The notes: generated by a model not told the origin, from the letters alone. Positions 39,645 through 49,972 are shown, numbered from the whole stretch's first letter. The stretch: 62,482 bases of DNA, filler included, from Chthonomonadaceae bacterium (GCA_035650735.1; 4 parts of 4 records of this genome joined end to end with filler, not necessarily neighbours in it); one strand, 5' to 3'. Numbers and translations are program-made.

Positions 39645-39877
39645 TGCGTTGAGGCAGGCGCCTCTCATCTCCATTATAGCACGGCTCTTCAATTTCGTCA
39701 GCCCTGCAAAGCAGAAGAGAGCGGCAAAACAGGCTCCTCAAAACGGAAGGACCCGGGTGGAGGCTTATCCGAAGCAGGCGTTTGCATTCGGAACGGCGAA
39801 TAAGGTAGAGTGTAGGGCAGAAAGCGTGGTCGGCTGAAATGAAAACGCGACCTGGCCGAAAAGAAGGCGAAACACAG

Positions 39878-40912
39878 ATGAAACTCTTCGGTCTCTTCGG
39901 CAAAGAGAAGCCGGTCCCTTTTACAAACTTTCGCGACATGGTGCGCGCGGCGGTGCGCCGCCATCATCCCGGCGCCCGGATGGAAAACAACGAGAACGGA
40001 TTTATCCTGACTCTGGACGACGCCTCGGTGGCCTGCAACCTGCGCAACCTCTACGCCGCCTATAGCCATGCTCCCCAGGATCGCGACGCGCTCATCAGCG
40101 CCTGGCTGGATTCGCTGGTGACCGCCGTGCCGGAGCATACCTGGGTGGAGGCGCGTCTGACGCTGCGCCCCACCCTCAAAGATGCCGAATATCTGGCCCG
40201 GGCGCGTGCCGCGCTGCTGCGCACCAAAGACCCGGACGAGCTTCCCTACGCGCCGTTTGCCGGGGAGCTCTCCATCATTGTGATGCGCGACCTGCCCGGC
40301 ACCATTGCCGCCGTCACGCGCAAGCAGCTGGAGAGTTGGGGCGTTACTTTTGATCAAGCATTATCCGAAGCGCTGAACAACATGAACATGCTCAACTTTC
40401 CGCCGGTCGTCAACTCCCTGCACGCGGGCGGCCTGGCGAAGAAAGAGGCGAGCGATCAAGACTTGGTCGGGCTGGTATTTCGCGGAGACCATCTCACGGC
40501 CACCTGGCTCGTCCTGGAGCGCTTCCGCGACCACATCGGCCAGCGACTGCGGGGGGATTACGTGGTCTTTGTGCCGGCGCGCAACCAACTGACCGCCATT
40601 CGCGCCGATGAGCTGGGCCTGATCACCTCCGTGCAGCAGGCTAACCGCGGCTATCAGAGCCAACCGCACGCGCTGACAGGGCAGTGTTTCCATGTCAGCG
40701 TGGCTACGCTTGGCGGGGCCGTCACCGTCTATCAGCCGGGCCGGCTGGGCGATACCCTCGCTCCCAGCAGTCCGTTTGCAGCGGGAGGGTTGGCGCAGCA
40801 GCCGGCGGCTCCTCCGCCACCAACCCCTGTGTTCACCAGCACGTATCGCCCGCCGCCGCGCGATCTGAATAGCTGGTGGGGCTTGAGCGAGCCGACGGAT
40901 ACTGAGGAATAG
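39878..40912 (+). CDS. Hypothetical protein (DUF1444-like)
   Basis: NLRNLYAAY, LRPTLK, DLPGTIAAVT..QLESWGVT.DQ...AL.N, VFVPARNQL pattern; Pro-rich tail. Confidence 0.6.
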   Translation: MKLFGLFGKEKPVPFTNFRDMVRAAVRRHHPGARMENNENGFILTLDDASVACNLRNLYAAYSHAPQDRDALISAWLDSLVTAVPEHTWVEARLTLRPTLKDAEYLARARAALLRTKDPDELPYAPFAGELSIIVMRDLPGTIAAVTRKQLESWGVTFDQALSEALNNMNMLNFPPVVNSLHAGGLAKKEASDQDLVGLVFRGDHLTATWLVLERFRDHIGQRLRGDYVVFVPARNQLTAIRADELGLITSVQQANRGYQSQPHALTGQCFHVSVATLGGAVTVYQPGRLGDTLAPSSPFAAGGLAQQPAAPPPPTPVFTSTYRPPPRDLNSWWGLSEPTDTEE

Positions 40913-41045
40913 AGTCCACCGATTACACAGATTAGCACAAATTAAAAACGCAGAGGAACACGGATGGGCAAGCCCCGTTTCTCTTTATCCGTGGCATCCA
41001 TCTCATCCGTGTATAATTGGGAATAAGAGCAAGGGAACTAGCGTA

Positions 41046-42083
41046 ATGCCGCAAGAGATCATCCGCAAGCTGGCAGCCGGGCAGCACCTGACTCGTGAGG
41101 AGGCGACCGCCGCCGTCTCGGCCCTGATGGACGGCCAGGCGACGCCCGCCCAGATCGGGGCGCTGTTGATGGCGTTGCGCCTCAAGGGCGAGACCGTCGA
41201 GGAGATCGCGGGCTTCGCGCAGGGAATGCGCGCCCGCGTCGTGCCGGTGCGCCCACGCCGCGCGCCGCTGTTGGATACCTGCGGCACCGGCGGCAGCACG
41301 TTCCGCGTGTTTAACGTCTCCACGGCCTCGGCGTTTGTGGCGGCGGCAGCGGGGATCGCCGTCGCCAAGCACGGCAACCGCGCCATGACCAGCGTCTGCG
41401 GCAGCGCTGACGTGCTGGAAGCGCTGGGCGTGCGCATCGGGCTCACGCCGGAGGAGTGCGCCGCCTGTATTGACGAAGTGGGCATCGGCTTCCTGTTTGC
41501 GCCCGCCCATCATCCGGCCATGAAGCAGGTGAGCGGGCCGCGCCGTGAGATCGGCGTGCGCACCATCTTCAACCTGCTGGGGCCGCTGACCAATCCTGCC
41601 GGGGCGACATTGCAGGCGATGGGCGTCTATGACCCGGCGCTGTGCCCGCTGGCGGCGGGCGCGCTGCGGGACCTGGGCAGCGCGCGCGCCATCGTGGTGC
41701 ACGGCGAGGTCGGCATGTGCGAGATTGCCACCATTGGCCCCACGTATGTCAGCGAGCTGCGCGATGGGCAGGTAACCAGCTACACCCTCACGCCGCACGA
41801 TCTGGGGCTGGAGGGGCCGGAGCCGTGCCCGGAGGATCTGGCGCCCGCGCCCACGCCTGAGGCCAACGCGGAGTTGGTGCGCGAAGTCCTGGCAGGCAAA
41901 GCGGAGAGCGGCCCCACCCTGGCGCGTCGTAACCTGGTCGCCGTTAACGCTGCCGCCGCGCTGCGCGTCAGCGGCCTGGCCGAGTCCTGGCCCGAGGCTG
42001 TGCGGCTGGCGCAGAGCATTCTTGCTTCCGGCAGGGCGCTGGCGGTCGTGGATCGGCTGGCAGCCTTCACCACCCATTCTTAA
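41046..42083 (+). CDS. trpD: Anthranilate phosphoribosyltransferase
   Basis: DTCGTGG, FNVST, AKHGNRA, GSADVLEALG, RTIFNLLGPLTNP. Confidence 0.97.
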   Translation: MPQEIIRKLAAGQHLTREEATAAVSALMDGQATPAQIGALLMALRLKGETVEEIAGFAQGMRARVVPVRPRRAPLLDTCGTGGSTFRVFNVSTASAFVAAAAGIAVAKHGNRAMTSVCGSADVLEALGVRIGLTPEECAACIDEVGIGFLFAPAHHPAMKQVSGPRREIGVRTIFNLLGPLTNPAGATLQAMGVYDPALCPLAAGALRDLGSARAIVVHGEVGMCEIATIGPTYVSELRDGQVTSYTLTPHDLGLEGPEPCPEDLAPAPTPEANAELVREVLAGKAESGPTLARRNLVAVNAAAALRVSGLAESWPEAVRLAQSILASGRALAVVDRLAAFTTHS

Positions 42084-42097
42084 GGAGATATCGGCAT

Positions 42098-42934
42098 ATG
42101 AGTATGCTTTCTGAGATATTGGCGACTAAGCGCACCGAGGTCACTCGCCAGCGCGAGAAGGTCTCCCTGGAATTCCTGCAGGAGCGCCTGATAGACGCGC
42201 CGCCCACGCGCGACTTCCGCGCCGCCCTCGTCAGCGCGCCCGGCACCGCCCTCATCGCCGAGGTCAAAAAAGCCTCGCCGTCCAAAGGCGTCATCCGCGC
42301 GGATTTCGACCCGCTGGAGATCGCTCGTACCTACGCCGAAAACGGCGCAGCCTGCCTCTCGGTGCTCACAGATGAGACCTACTTCCAGGGAAAGCTGCAA
42401 TACTTGCGCGAGATCCGCCGGATCGTGTCCGTGCCCCTGTTGCGCAAGGATTTCATCGTGGACCCCTGGCAGATACTCGAAAGCCGAGCCGCTGGCGCGG
42501 ACGCTATTCTCCTGATCGTGGCGGCGCTGACGCCCGGGGATCTGCGCTACTTCCTCAAGATCGCGCGACAGTACGACCTGGCCGCGCTGGTGGAGGTGCA
42601 TGATCGGGAGGAGATGGAGGAAGCGCTGAACGCTGGGGCCGACCTGATCGGCATCAACAACCGCGACCTGCATACGTTCCGCACGACGCTGGATACCACG
42701 CTCGATCTGGTCTCCGCGCTGCCGCCCGAGCCCAACCGTCTGATCGTCAGCGAGAGCGGGATCTTCACGCGCGCCGACGTGGAGCGCCTGCAGGCGGCGG
42801 GCGTGGATGCAGTGTTGGTGGGCGAGGCGCTGATAAGCGCTCCCGACATCGGCGCGAAAGTGCGGGAGCTTCTTGGACAAGCCGAAAGCGGCGCCCAGGA
42901 GGCGGACGTTCCCCTTACGTCCCAGGCGCGGTAA
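42098..42934 (+). CDS. trpC: Indole-3-glycerol phosphate synthase
   Basis: IAEVKKASPSKG, LSVLTD, LRKDFI, GINNRDL, VSESGI. Confidence 0.97.
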   Translation: MSMLSEILATKRTEVTRQREKVSLEFLQERLIDAPPTRDFRAALVSAPGTALIAEVKKASPSKGVIRADFDPLEIARTYAENGAACLSVLTDETYFQGKLQYLREIRRIVSVPLLRKDFIVDPWQILESRAAGADAILLIVAALTPGDLRYFLKIARQYDLAALVEVHDREEMEEALNAGADLIGINNRDLHTFRTTLDTTLDLVSALPPEPNRLIVSESGIFTRADVERLQAAGVDAVLVGEALISAPDIGAKVRELLGQAESGAQEADVPLTSQAR

Positions 42935-42955
42935 GCAAAAACGGTCCCGGTTCGA

Positions 42956-43273
42956 TCACTGGTTCCATCCGAGTCTGCCGTTGAAGGAAACGCTGTAGGT
43001 GGCCTGACGGGTGACCATAGCATAGAAGGCCCACACCATCTCCGCGCAATACTCCGCCAGGATGATCCCTAGGGCCGCCTGGTGCAGCTTCTCATGCCCT
43101 TTGAGGCCATAGTAGCGCTCGACAAACACCTTGATTAGCCACACCACGCTCAGCCCGAACCAGAAGTAGTCAAGCCCGAAGTTCATGGCCAGGGCATAGC
43201 CGACCGGATGCAGAGGAAAGCTGGGCACGCGGAAACGGATGAAGTCCAGGGACATGACCACCAGGAACCCGAT
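42956..43273 (-). CDS. C-terminal fragment of a membrane protein (DUF6784-like), truncated by contig break
   Basis: RFRVPSFPLHPVGYAL...WLIK....RYYG..G......LGIILAE pattern. Confidence 0.65.
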   Translation of the reverse strand: MGFLVVMSLDFIRFRVPSFPLHPVGYALAMNFGLDYFWFGLSVVWLIKVFVERYYGLKGHEKLHQAALGIILAEYCAEMVWAFYAMVTRQATYSVSFNGRLGWNQ

Positions 43274-43373
43274 NNNNNNNNNNNNNNNNNNNNNNNNNNN
43301 NNNNNNNNNNNNNNNNNTTAATTAATTAANNNNNNNNNNNNNNNNNNNNNNNNNNNNNNNNNNNNNNNNNNNN
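43274..43373. other. Artificial contig linker
   Basis: N run + TTAATTAATTAA + N run. Confidence 0.97.
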
Positions 43374-44003
43374 GCGGGCAAGTTCGACGCCGAAATCGTG
43401 CCGGTTCCCGTGAAAATCCAGGAGCCCAACGGCAGCGGCTTTGAGATCAAAGAGGCGGCGTTCGGCAAGGACGAGGGGCCGCGCCGCGATACGTCGGCGG
43501 AGGTGCTGGCGAAACTAAAGCCGGCCTTTCTTGCGGAGGGCATCATTACGGCGGGCAACGCCTCCCAGCGCAGCGACGGCGCGGCGGCGGTCGTGCTGAC
43601 GACGCTGGAAAATGCAGAGCGGCACGGGCTGAAGCCGCTGGCCCGCTTTGCGGGGTATGCGGTGGCGGCGGTGGCCCCGGAGAAGTTCGGAATCGCGCCC
43701 GCCTACGCCATTCCCAAGCTGCTCAAGCAGACAGGACACGCCATTGAAGACATAGATTTGATCGAATTTAATGAAGCGTTCGCGGCGCAGGTGTTGGCAG
43801 CAGATCAGATCTTCCCGCTGCCGATGGATCGGGTCAACGTCAACGGAGGTGCGGTGGCGCTCGGCCATCCGCTCGGCGCGACCGGCGCCCGCCAGACCGT
43901 GACGCTGCTGCACGAGGGGCGGCGGCGCGGCGCGAAGTACGGCCTGGTGACCATGTGCGCGGCGCTCGGCATGGGCGCGGCGGGGCTGTTTGAATTACTG
44001 TGA
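43374..44003 (+). CDS. Acetyl-CoA C-acyltransferase (thiolase), 5' truncated
   Basis: [42 protein letters not shown]. Confidence 0.93.
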   Translation, partial: AGKFDAEIVPVPVKIQEPNGSGFEIKEAAFGKDEGPRRDTSAEVLAKLKPAFLAEGIITAGNASQRSDGAAAVVLTTLENAERHGLKPLARFAGYAVAAVAPEKFGIAPAYAIPKLLKQTGHAIEDIDLIEFNEAFAAQVLAADQIFPLPMDRVNVNGGAVALGHPLGATGARQTVTLLHEGRRRGAKYGLVTMCAALGMGAAGLFELL

Positions 44004-44049
44004 CGGCTTGACCTGGTGCAGAATGAACGAAGAGTATACGTGAATTCTC

Positions 44050-44514
44050 TTGAATTCCGTTAAGGAAGTTTTGGCGCCTCTTGGGTTTCGACGCAAGGGC
44101 AGCACTTTCTTTGTTCGGCATGACGATGTGCTGCTGATGGTCAACCTCCAAAAGAGCACCAGCAGCACCAGCGCCAAAGTGATTGCCACCCTCAATTTAG
44201 GGGTCTTCTCGTATCCTCTGGCTCAGGCACTTGAAGAGCTTGAGTATCTGGAAAGCAGGATTAGTATTTGGCTTTGTCACTGGCAAGAGCGTATTGGTGC
44301 GGTAATGCCTGAGCATTATGATAAATGGTGGGCAGTATCCTCCCTCGAGGAGGCCGTCCAGGCGGGTAAGGAGATGGTGGAGGCGCTGCAAAACTATGGC
44401 CTTCCGGCCCTAGAGAAGGTAGATTCGACGGCGAAACTCCACGCCTTATGGGAGAGTGTGGTCAATCACCAGGTCAGACCGATTTTGTACGAACTCAATA
44501 TCTTTCCGCATTAG
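44050..44514 (+). CDS. DUF4304-like protein (possibly N-terminally disrupted)
   Basis: LAPLGFRRKGSTF...VNLQKS...NLGV...RIG...DKWW pattern; lower GC than neighbours. Confidence 0.6.
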   Translation: MNSVKEVLAPLGFRRKGSTFFVRHDDVLLMVNLQKSTSSTSAKVIATLNLGVFSYPLAQALEELEYLESRISIWLCHWQERIGAVMPEHYDKWWAVSSLEEAVQAGKEMVEALQNYGLPALEKVDSTAKLHALWESVVNHQVRPILYELNIFPH

Positions 44515-44588
44515 CAACATTACGAATCTAAGGGCGTTCCCGCAGGCACGGCCTGCGCGGGAAAAATGACCGGGAAAGGGGTTCCAGG

Positions 44589-45377
44589 TTGGGAGAACAG
44601 ATAAGCCGTCGCGCCCTGCTGGGCAGTGGCCTGGCGTGGGCAGGAGGACTGCTGCTTGGGGAGAGAGCCGGGGCGCCGCGTGGGACCGCCAGGAGCCAGA
44701 GCAAGCGGCGGGTCGTGGTCTGGTCGGAGGCAACGGCTCCCAGGAACGTCTACCCGCGCGATGTCAACACGGCCATTGCCGAGGGATTAAAGCCCTTGAA
44801 AGGCTGGGAGATTGTCACCGCGTCTCTCGATGAGCCGGATCAGGGATTGCCGGACACGCTCCTGAACAGCGCCAGCGTGCTCATCTGGTGGGGACATCAG
44901 CGCCATGACGAGGTCAAGGATGCGCTTGTCGCCCGCATCGTCCACCGGGTCAAGGCCGAGGGGATGGGCTTTATCGCCACGCACTCGGCGCACTGGTCCA
45001 AGCCGTTCAAGGCCCTGATGGGCACTTCAGGCAGTTGGAACGGCGGTTATGTGGAGGATGGCTCCAGGTTAAACGTGATCGTCCGGGCGCCCCGGCACCC
45101 GATTGCCAGAGGGATACGGGATTTCGTGGTGCCACATACCGAACGCTATACCGAGCCGTTCGACGTGCCCACCCCGGAAACGCTGGTCTTTGACGGCATC
45201 TACACCCGTCCCGACGGCTCGACCGAACACTCCCGGCAGGGGCTGACCTGGACGGTGGAAAAGGGGCGCGTCTTTTACTTTCAGCCCGGCCACGAGTCCT
45301 ACCCTATCTATTTCCAGGAGGAGGTCCGGCACGTATTCCGCAACGCCGTGGCATGGGCCGCGCCCACAAAGCAATAA
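44589..45377 (+). CDS. ThuA-like (trehalose-utilisation) protein with Tat signal
   Basis: SRRALL twin-arginine motif; LIWWGH, HSAHWSKPF, FYFQPGHESYPIY. Confidence 0.88.
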   Translation: MGEQISRRALLGSGLAWAGGLLLGERAGAPRGTARSQSKRRVVVWSEATAPRNVYPRDVNTAIAEGLKPLKGWEIVTASLDEPDQGLPDTLLNSASVLIWWGHQRHDEVKDALVARIVHRVKAEGMGFIATHSAHWSKPFKALMGTSGSWNGGYVEDGSRLNVIVRAPRHPIARGIRDFVVPHTERYTEPFDVPTPETLVFDGIYTRPDGSTEHSRQGLTWTVEKGRVFYFQPGHESYPIYFQEEVRHVFRNAVAWAAPTKQ

Positions 45378-45408
45378 CCGTTCTAAAGGAGAGGGGCCGG
45401 GGATAAAG

Positions 45409-46215
45409 ATGCAGAATGAAGACGTCCAAGTTGGGTTGACCGCAGAACAGCGGCGGCAGTATGAGGCCAATGGATTTCTAGCGCTCGAAGCCTATCTGGA
45501 TGCAGAGACGGTGGCGGAGATGGCCAGGGCTGCCGACGACCTGCTGACCTCCATCGGCCCCATCGTGCCTGAGAACCCGCGCATCCAGGCGGACCCCATC
45601 GGAAACGGCTATGGCATCCGACAGCTCTGGCCGGTGGTGGACATCTCCCCGACGTTTGCGCGCCTGGCTACCGATGAGCGAATCCTGGCGCTGTTCCGCA
45701 GTCTGTTTGACGGGGATACGCCGGTCCTGTTTGAGGATAAGCTCAACTACAAGCAGCCCGGCGGCGGCACGCGGTTTCCGATGCACCAGGACTACAGCTA
45801 CTGGCAGCCCTATTCGCCCCGTCTGACTTCGGCGATGATCTATATTGACGAGGCGACCGAAGCCAACGGCTGTCTGGAGGTCGTGCCCGGCTGGCACAAG
45901 CGCGGGCTGCTGGAGCGGTCCGAAATGCACATTACAGAGCAGGTAACCGACCACTACATTCCCGGCAGCGTGCTCGATCCGGGGCAGGCGGTGAAGGTAA
46001 GCGGCCCGCCCGGCACGGTGATCCTCTTCTCCTGCTTCACGCCCCATGCCTCCGCGCCCAACTTGAGCGCCAGGCCGCGCCGCGCGTTTATCCTCTCCTA
46101 TAACCCGGCCCGCGACGGGAACGCCTACGCGGAGACCTCCGGCGCCAACGCAGCCCGCGCCCGCGCCTGGCTTGTCGCGCAGAGGAGCAGGACGACGGGC
46201 GCGAGCGCGCCATGA
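45409..46215 (+). CDS. PhyH-family Fe(II)/2-oxoglutarate dioxygenase
   Basis: YEANGF, HQDYSYW (HxD), NGCLEVVPGWH, PHASAPN...RR. Confidence 0.9.
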   Translation: MQNEDVQVGLTAEQRRQYEANGFLALEAYLDAETVAEMARAADDLLTSIGPIVPENPRIQADPIGNGYGIRQLWPVVDISPTFARLATDERILALFRSLFDGDTPVLFEDKLNYKQPGGGTRFPMHQDYSYWQPYSPRLTSAMIYIDEATEANGCLEVVPGWHKRGLLERSEMHITEQVTDHYIPGSVLDPGQAVKVSGPPGTVILFSCFTPHASAPNLSARPRRAFILSYNPARDGNAYAETSGANAARARAWLVAQRSRTTGASAP

Positions 46216-47144
46216 GACAGGAGCCGCCGCTACTGGATGTCTGCTGCGCCGCCGACCTGTGCGTGGATCTGATCGTGACAGGCGACGTAACGCCCCGCTT
46301 CCGACAGGTCGAGCAGCTTGTGGACGATTACACGCTGGAGCTTGGCGGCTCGGCGACCATCTTCGCCAGCCAGTTCGCCCGGTTGGGCGGAAGGGCGGGG
46401 CTGATTGGAGCCGTGGGCGCGGACGCCTTCGGCCAGTTCGTTCGGGAGAGGCTGAAGGCCCTCGGCGTGGATGTGCGCCGCGTTCGGCAGCAGACGGCCC
46501 TCAAGACGGGGCTGGGACTGGCCCTGATCAAGCCGGATGGCGACCGGGCCATTCTGACCTACTCCGGCACCATTGACGCCGTGCAGCCTTCCGACCTGAC
46601 GCCCGACCTGGTATCTGCCTTCCGCCATTGGCACATCGCCAGCTACTTCCTGCTCAACAGGCTGCGCGGATACTGGCCCCTCTGGCTGGAGCGGTGCCGG
46701 GCCGCAGGGCGCACCACATCGCTGGACACCAACTGGGACCCGGAGGATCGCTGGGAGGGCGTGCGCGAGCTCCTGCCGCTGGTGGATGTCTTCCTGCCCA
46801 ATGAAGCCGAGGCGCTGGCGATCTCCAAAGCGGCGAGCGTGGAGGAGGCGGGCGAGCGGCTGGCTGTGTGCGGGCCGCTGGTCGTCGTCAAGCGGGGCGC
46901 ACAGGGGGCCGTGGCGTTTCAGGGCGGGCGGCGGTGGGAGGTCGGCGATGCGGAGGCGGCGGAGGGGCCGCTTGCTATCGTGGATAGCGTGGGCGCGGGC
47001 GATAACTTCGATGCCGGGTTCCTGCGAGCCTGGCTGCTGGGGCATGACTCGGAGGCGTGCCTGCGCCTGGCCTGCCGTTGCGCCCGCGCCAGCCTGAGCG
47101 CGCCGGGAGGCTTTCAAGGCCAATTATGGGAGGATTTCGCCTGA
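46212..47144 (+). CDS. PfkB family carbohydrate kinase
   Basis: GGSA, GAVGADAFG, PNEAE, DSVGAGDNF. Confidence 0.9.
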   Translation: MRQEPPLLDVCCAADLCVDLIVTGDVTPRFRQVEQLVDDYTLELGGSATIFASQFARLGGRAGLIGAVGADAFGQFVRERLKALGVDVRRVRQQTALKTGLGLALIKPDGDRAILTYSGTIDAVQPSDLTPDLVSAFRHWHIASYFLLNRLRGYWPLWLERCRAAGRTTSLDTNWDPEDRWEGVRELLPLVDVFLPNEAEALAISKAASVEEAGERLAVCGPLVVVKRGAQGAVAFQGGRRWEVGDAEAAEGPLAIVDSVGAGDNFDAGFLRAWLLGHDSEACLRLACRCARASLSAPGGFQGQLWEDFA

Positions 47145-47145
47145 G

Positions 47146-47982
47146 ATGCGCTTTATCGAGGCCCTGTGGGCGCAGCGGGACACAGGAAGGGCGTTCCTGG
47201 CTGCCAATTTCTATAACGCCGAGACGCTGTTGGCGATCCTGCGGGCCGCACGGGAGCGAAGCGCGGCGATCATCCTGCAAACCTCGCCCTCCACGCTGGA
47301 GTACCTGGGCCTGCAATTGGCGGCGGCGATGGCGCGAACAGCGGCGCAGGAGAACGGCGTCACGGCCTGGCTGCATCTGGACCATGCGTCCGACCCGACT
47401 CTGATTCGGCGCTGCCTCGAGGCCGGCTACGACTCGGTAATGATAGATGCCAGCGACCGGGATTTCGAGGAGAACGCGCGCCTGACGCGGCAGGTGGTCG
47501 AAATGGCCCACCCGGCGGGCGTAGCGGTGGAGGCGGAGCTTGGATATGTGCCCAAGCTCGGCCAGGCGGAGGCGGATGAGGCCGGCCTGACCACGCCGGA
47601 GGAGGCGCGGCGCTTCGTTGAGCAAACGGGCGTGGACATGCTGGCGGTCGCCATAGGCAACGCTCACGGGTTCTATAAGCGCGCCCCGTCCCTCGACCTC
47701 GTTCGGCTGGCCGCCATACGAGAGGCGGTGGAGACGCCGCTGGTGCTGCACGGCAGCTCGGGGCTGACGGCGGCGCAGTGGCAGTCCGTGATCGGCCTGG
47801 GCATGGCCAAGATCAATTTCGCCACCGAGATCAAGGACGCTTTTGTTCACGCCATCAAGCGGACGCTGGAGCACACGGAGGAGATCGATCTGCGCAAGAC
47901 GTTCCCCGCCGGAATGGAGGCCGTGACGCGGCTGGTCGCCTCCAAAATCGCCATCTGTCAGAGGGAGGATCAGAATTCATGA
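47146..47982 (+). CDS. Class II fructose/tagatose-bisphosphate aldolase
   Basis: HLDH, SVMIDAS, VEAELG, AIGNAHG, VLHGSSG, KINFAT. Confidence 0.92.
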   Translation: MRFIEALWAQRDTGRAFLAANFYNAETLLAILRAARERSAAIILQTSPSTLEYLGLQLAAAMARTAAQENGVTAWLHLDHASDPTLIRRCLEAGYDSVMIDASDRDFEENARLTRQVVEMAHPAGVAVEAELGYVPKLGQAEADEAGLTTPEEARRFVEQTGVDMLAVAIGNAHGFYKRAPSLDLVRLAAIREAVETPLVLHGSSGLTAAQWQSVIGLGMAKINFATEIKDAFVHAIKRTLEHTEEIDLRKTFPAGMEAVTRLVASKIAICQREDQNS

Positions 47983-49025
47983 CGGAATTGCTGAAGGATA
48001 TTCTCCGCGAGCCGGAGGAGTTGGCGAAGTCGCTGGCCTACACGGTGGGGCCGGGACGGGCCGCCCTGCAAGAGGCCGCGCAGATCGTCAACGCCGCCGA
48101 TCTGATCTACATCACCGGCATCGGCAGCAGTTGGCACGCAGGCATGGCCGTGCTCTGGCTATTTCAGGCGCGCGGTCGGCCTGCCGTGTTCGTAGACGCT
48201 TCGGAACTGCTCCACTTTGGCGCGCTCGCGCCCAACGCGGCCCTGATCCTCCTCTCCCGCAGCGGCAAGAGCGTCGAGGTCGTCGGATTGATCGAGAAGG
48301 TCAAGCGCGCCGGGACAAAGCTTATCGCCGTCACCAACACGCCGGAAAGCCCCCTGGCCCAAAGCGCGGACGTGACCCTGCGCCTGGAGGCGGCCTTCGA
48401 CCACAACGTCTCCATTACCATGTACTCTGCGCTGACGCTGGTGGGTGGGCTGCTGGCCTGCGCCGCGCTGGGCGAGTTGGATGCCGGCCTGACCGGCGCG
48501 CTGGGCATGACGCTGATGGATATGCCCGAAGTGATCGCGGAGTGGCAGAGCCAGATCGCGGAGAGCGATTGGTTTGCGTCCGACGCGCCGACGTACTTCC
48601 TGGCGCGCGGCGGCAGCCTGGCAAGCGCCCACGAGGCGCGGCTGCTCTGGGAAGAGGCCGCCAAAGCGCCCGCCTCCGCCCTGACCACCGGCGGCTTCCG
48701 GCACGGCCCGCAGGAGATGTTGGAGCCGGGCACGCGCATCGGCCTGTGGCTGGATGCCCAACGCCTGCGCGCGCAAGACTTGGCGCTGGCGGCGGACCTG
48801 CGCGCGGCGGGCGCAAAGGTGATGCTCATAGGCCAGGAGCTTCCCACCGGCGCGGGCGACCTGACGTTCCAACTCCCCTTCCTGCCCGCCGCCTGGCAGT
48901 TTCTCCTCGACATCGTCCCGGCGCAGCTTGCCGCCGAGCGCCTGGCGCGTCTGCGGGGCGTGGACTGCGACTCGTTCCGACTCTGCCCCTATATCGTGGA
49001 TAGCGAGGGGGGATTGGGGCATTGA
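47979..49025 (+). CDS. Double-SIS-domain sugar-phosphate isomerase/deaminase
   Basis: KDILREP, GIGSS, SRSGKSVE, TNTPESPLA, FRHGPQE. Confidence 0.88.
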   Translation: MTELLKDILREPEELAKSLAYTVGPGRAALQEAAQIVNAADLIYITGIGSSWHAGMAVLWLFQARGRPAVFVDASELLHFGALAPNAALILLSRSGKSVEVVGLIEKVKRAGTKLIAVTNTPESPLAQSADVTLRLEAAFDHNVSITMYSALTLVGGLLACAALGELDAGLTGALGMTLMDMPEVIAEWQSQIAESDWFASDAPTYFLARGGSLASAHEARLLWEEAAKAPASALTTGGFRHGPQEMLEPGTRIGLWLDAQRLRAQDLALAADLRAAGAKVMLIGQELPTGAGDLTFQLPFLPAAWQFLLDIVPAQLAAERLARLRGVDCDSFRLCPYIVDSEGGLGH

Positions 49026-49972
49026 GCGCGCCGGAAGTCGTCTCCCTGGGCAATATGCTGGTCGAAGTTATGCGCCTCGAACGGGACGAGCCGCTGGACA
49101 GGCCAGGAAGGTTCGCCGGGCCGTTTCCCAGCGGCGACACGCCCATCTACGTGGATACGATTGCGCGTCTGGGCCGTTCCGCCGGGTTCCTCGGCGCGGT
49201 CGGCAAAGATGCTTTCGGCCAATGCCTGCTGGATCGGTTCGCACGCGACGGCGTGGATAGCGCGCGCGTCAAAGTCCTCTCCGACTACAGCACTGGCGTC
49301 GCCTTCGTCGCCTACTTTTCCGACGGCAGCCGCACGTTCCTGTTCCACTGGCGTCATGCGGCAGCGGGACAGCTTGGCCCGGAGGACGTGCCCGCCGACT
49401 ACCTGCAAGGGGCGCGCTGGCTGCATCTGACGGGCTGCAACCTGGCGATCTGCGAGTCGGCGCGGCAGGCGTGCCTGCGAGCGATGGAACTGCTGCCGGA
49501 GGGCGCGCGGGTGAGCTTCGACCCCAACCTTCGCCCGGAAGTCCTGAGCGTGGAGGAGATACGGGCGCTCTGCCAGCCGGTCCTGGGGCGCGCTGATGTG
49601 TTTTTTCCCAGCGCGGGCGAGGCTCGGATGTTCACCGGAGCGCAGAGCGATGAGGAGGGCTGCCGAAAGCTGGCGGCGGAAGGCAAGCTGGTGGCCTTAA
49701 AGCAGGGGCCTGCGGGCTGTCGGCTCTTCACCGCCGAGGAAGAGCGAACGGTTCCCGGCTTTGCCGTGCCGGAGGTGGACCCGACGGGGGCAGGAGACGC
49801 CTTCTGCGCGGGCTTCACGGTCGCCCTGCTGGAAGGGATGCCGCTCTCGGAGGCGGGGCGCTTTGCCAACGCCGTCGGCGCGCTGGCGGTGACCAAGCGA
49901 GGGCCGATGGAAGGCGTTCCCAGCCGCGCGGAAGTCCACGCCCTGATGGAGGCCGCTGCCAGAGGAGGATAA
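49022..49972 (+). CDS. PfkB family sugar kinase
   Basis: GAVGKDAFG, FDPNLRP, DPTGAGDAF. Confidence 0.9.
   Translation: MSAPEVVSLGNMLVEVMRLERDEPLDRPGRFAGPFPSGDTPIYVDTIARLGRSAGFLGAVGKDAFGQCLLDRFARDGVDSARVKVLSDYSTGVAFVAYFSDGSRTFLFHWRHAAAGQLGPEDVPADYLQGARWLHLTGCNLAICESARQACLRAMELLPEGARVSFDPNLRPEVLSVEEIRALCQPVLGRADVFFPSAGEARMFTGAQSDEEGCRKLAAEGKLVALKQGPAGCRLFTAEEERTVPGFAVPEVDPTGAGDAFCAGFTVALLEGMPLSEAGRFANAVGALAVTKRGPMEGVPSRAEVHALMEAAARGG

Noticed and set aside
40940..41045. trp attenuator upstream of trpD
   Set aside because: No tandem-Trp leader peptide or T-box seen; the region consists of short repeats and a TATAAT.
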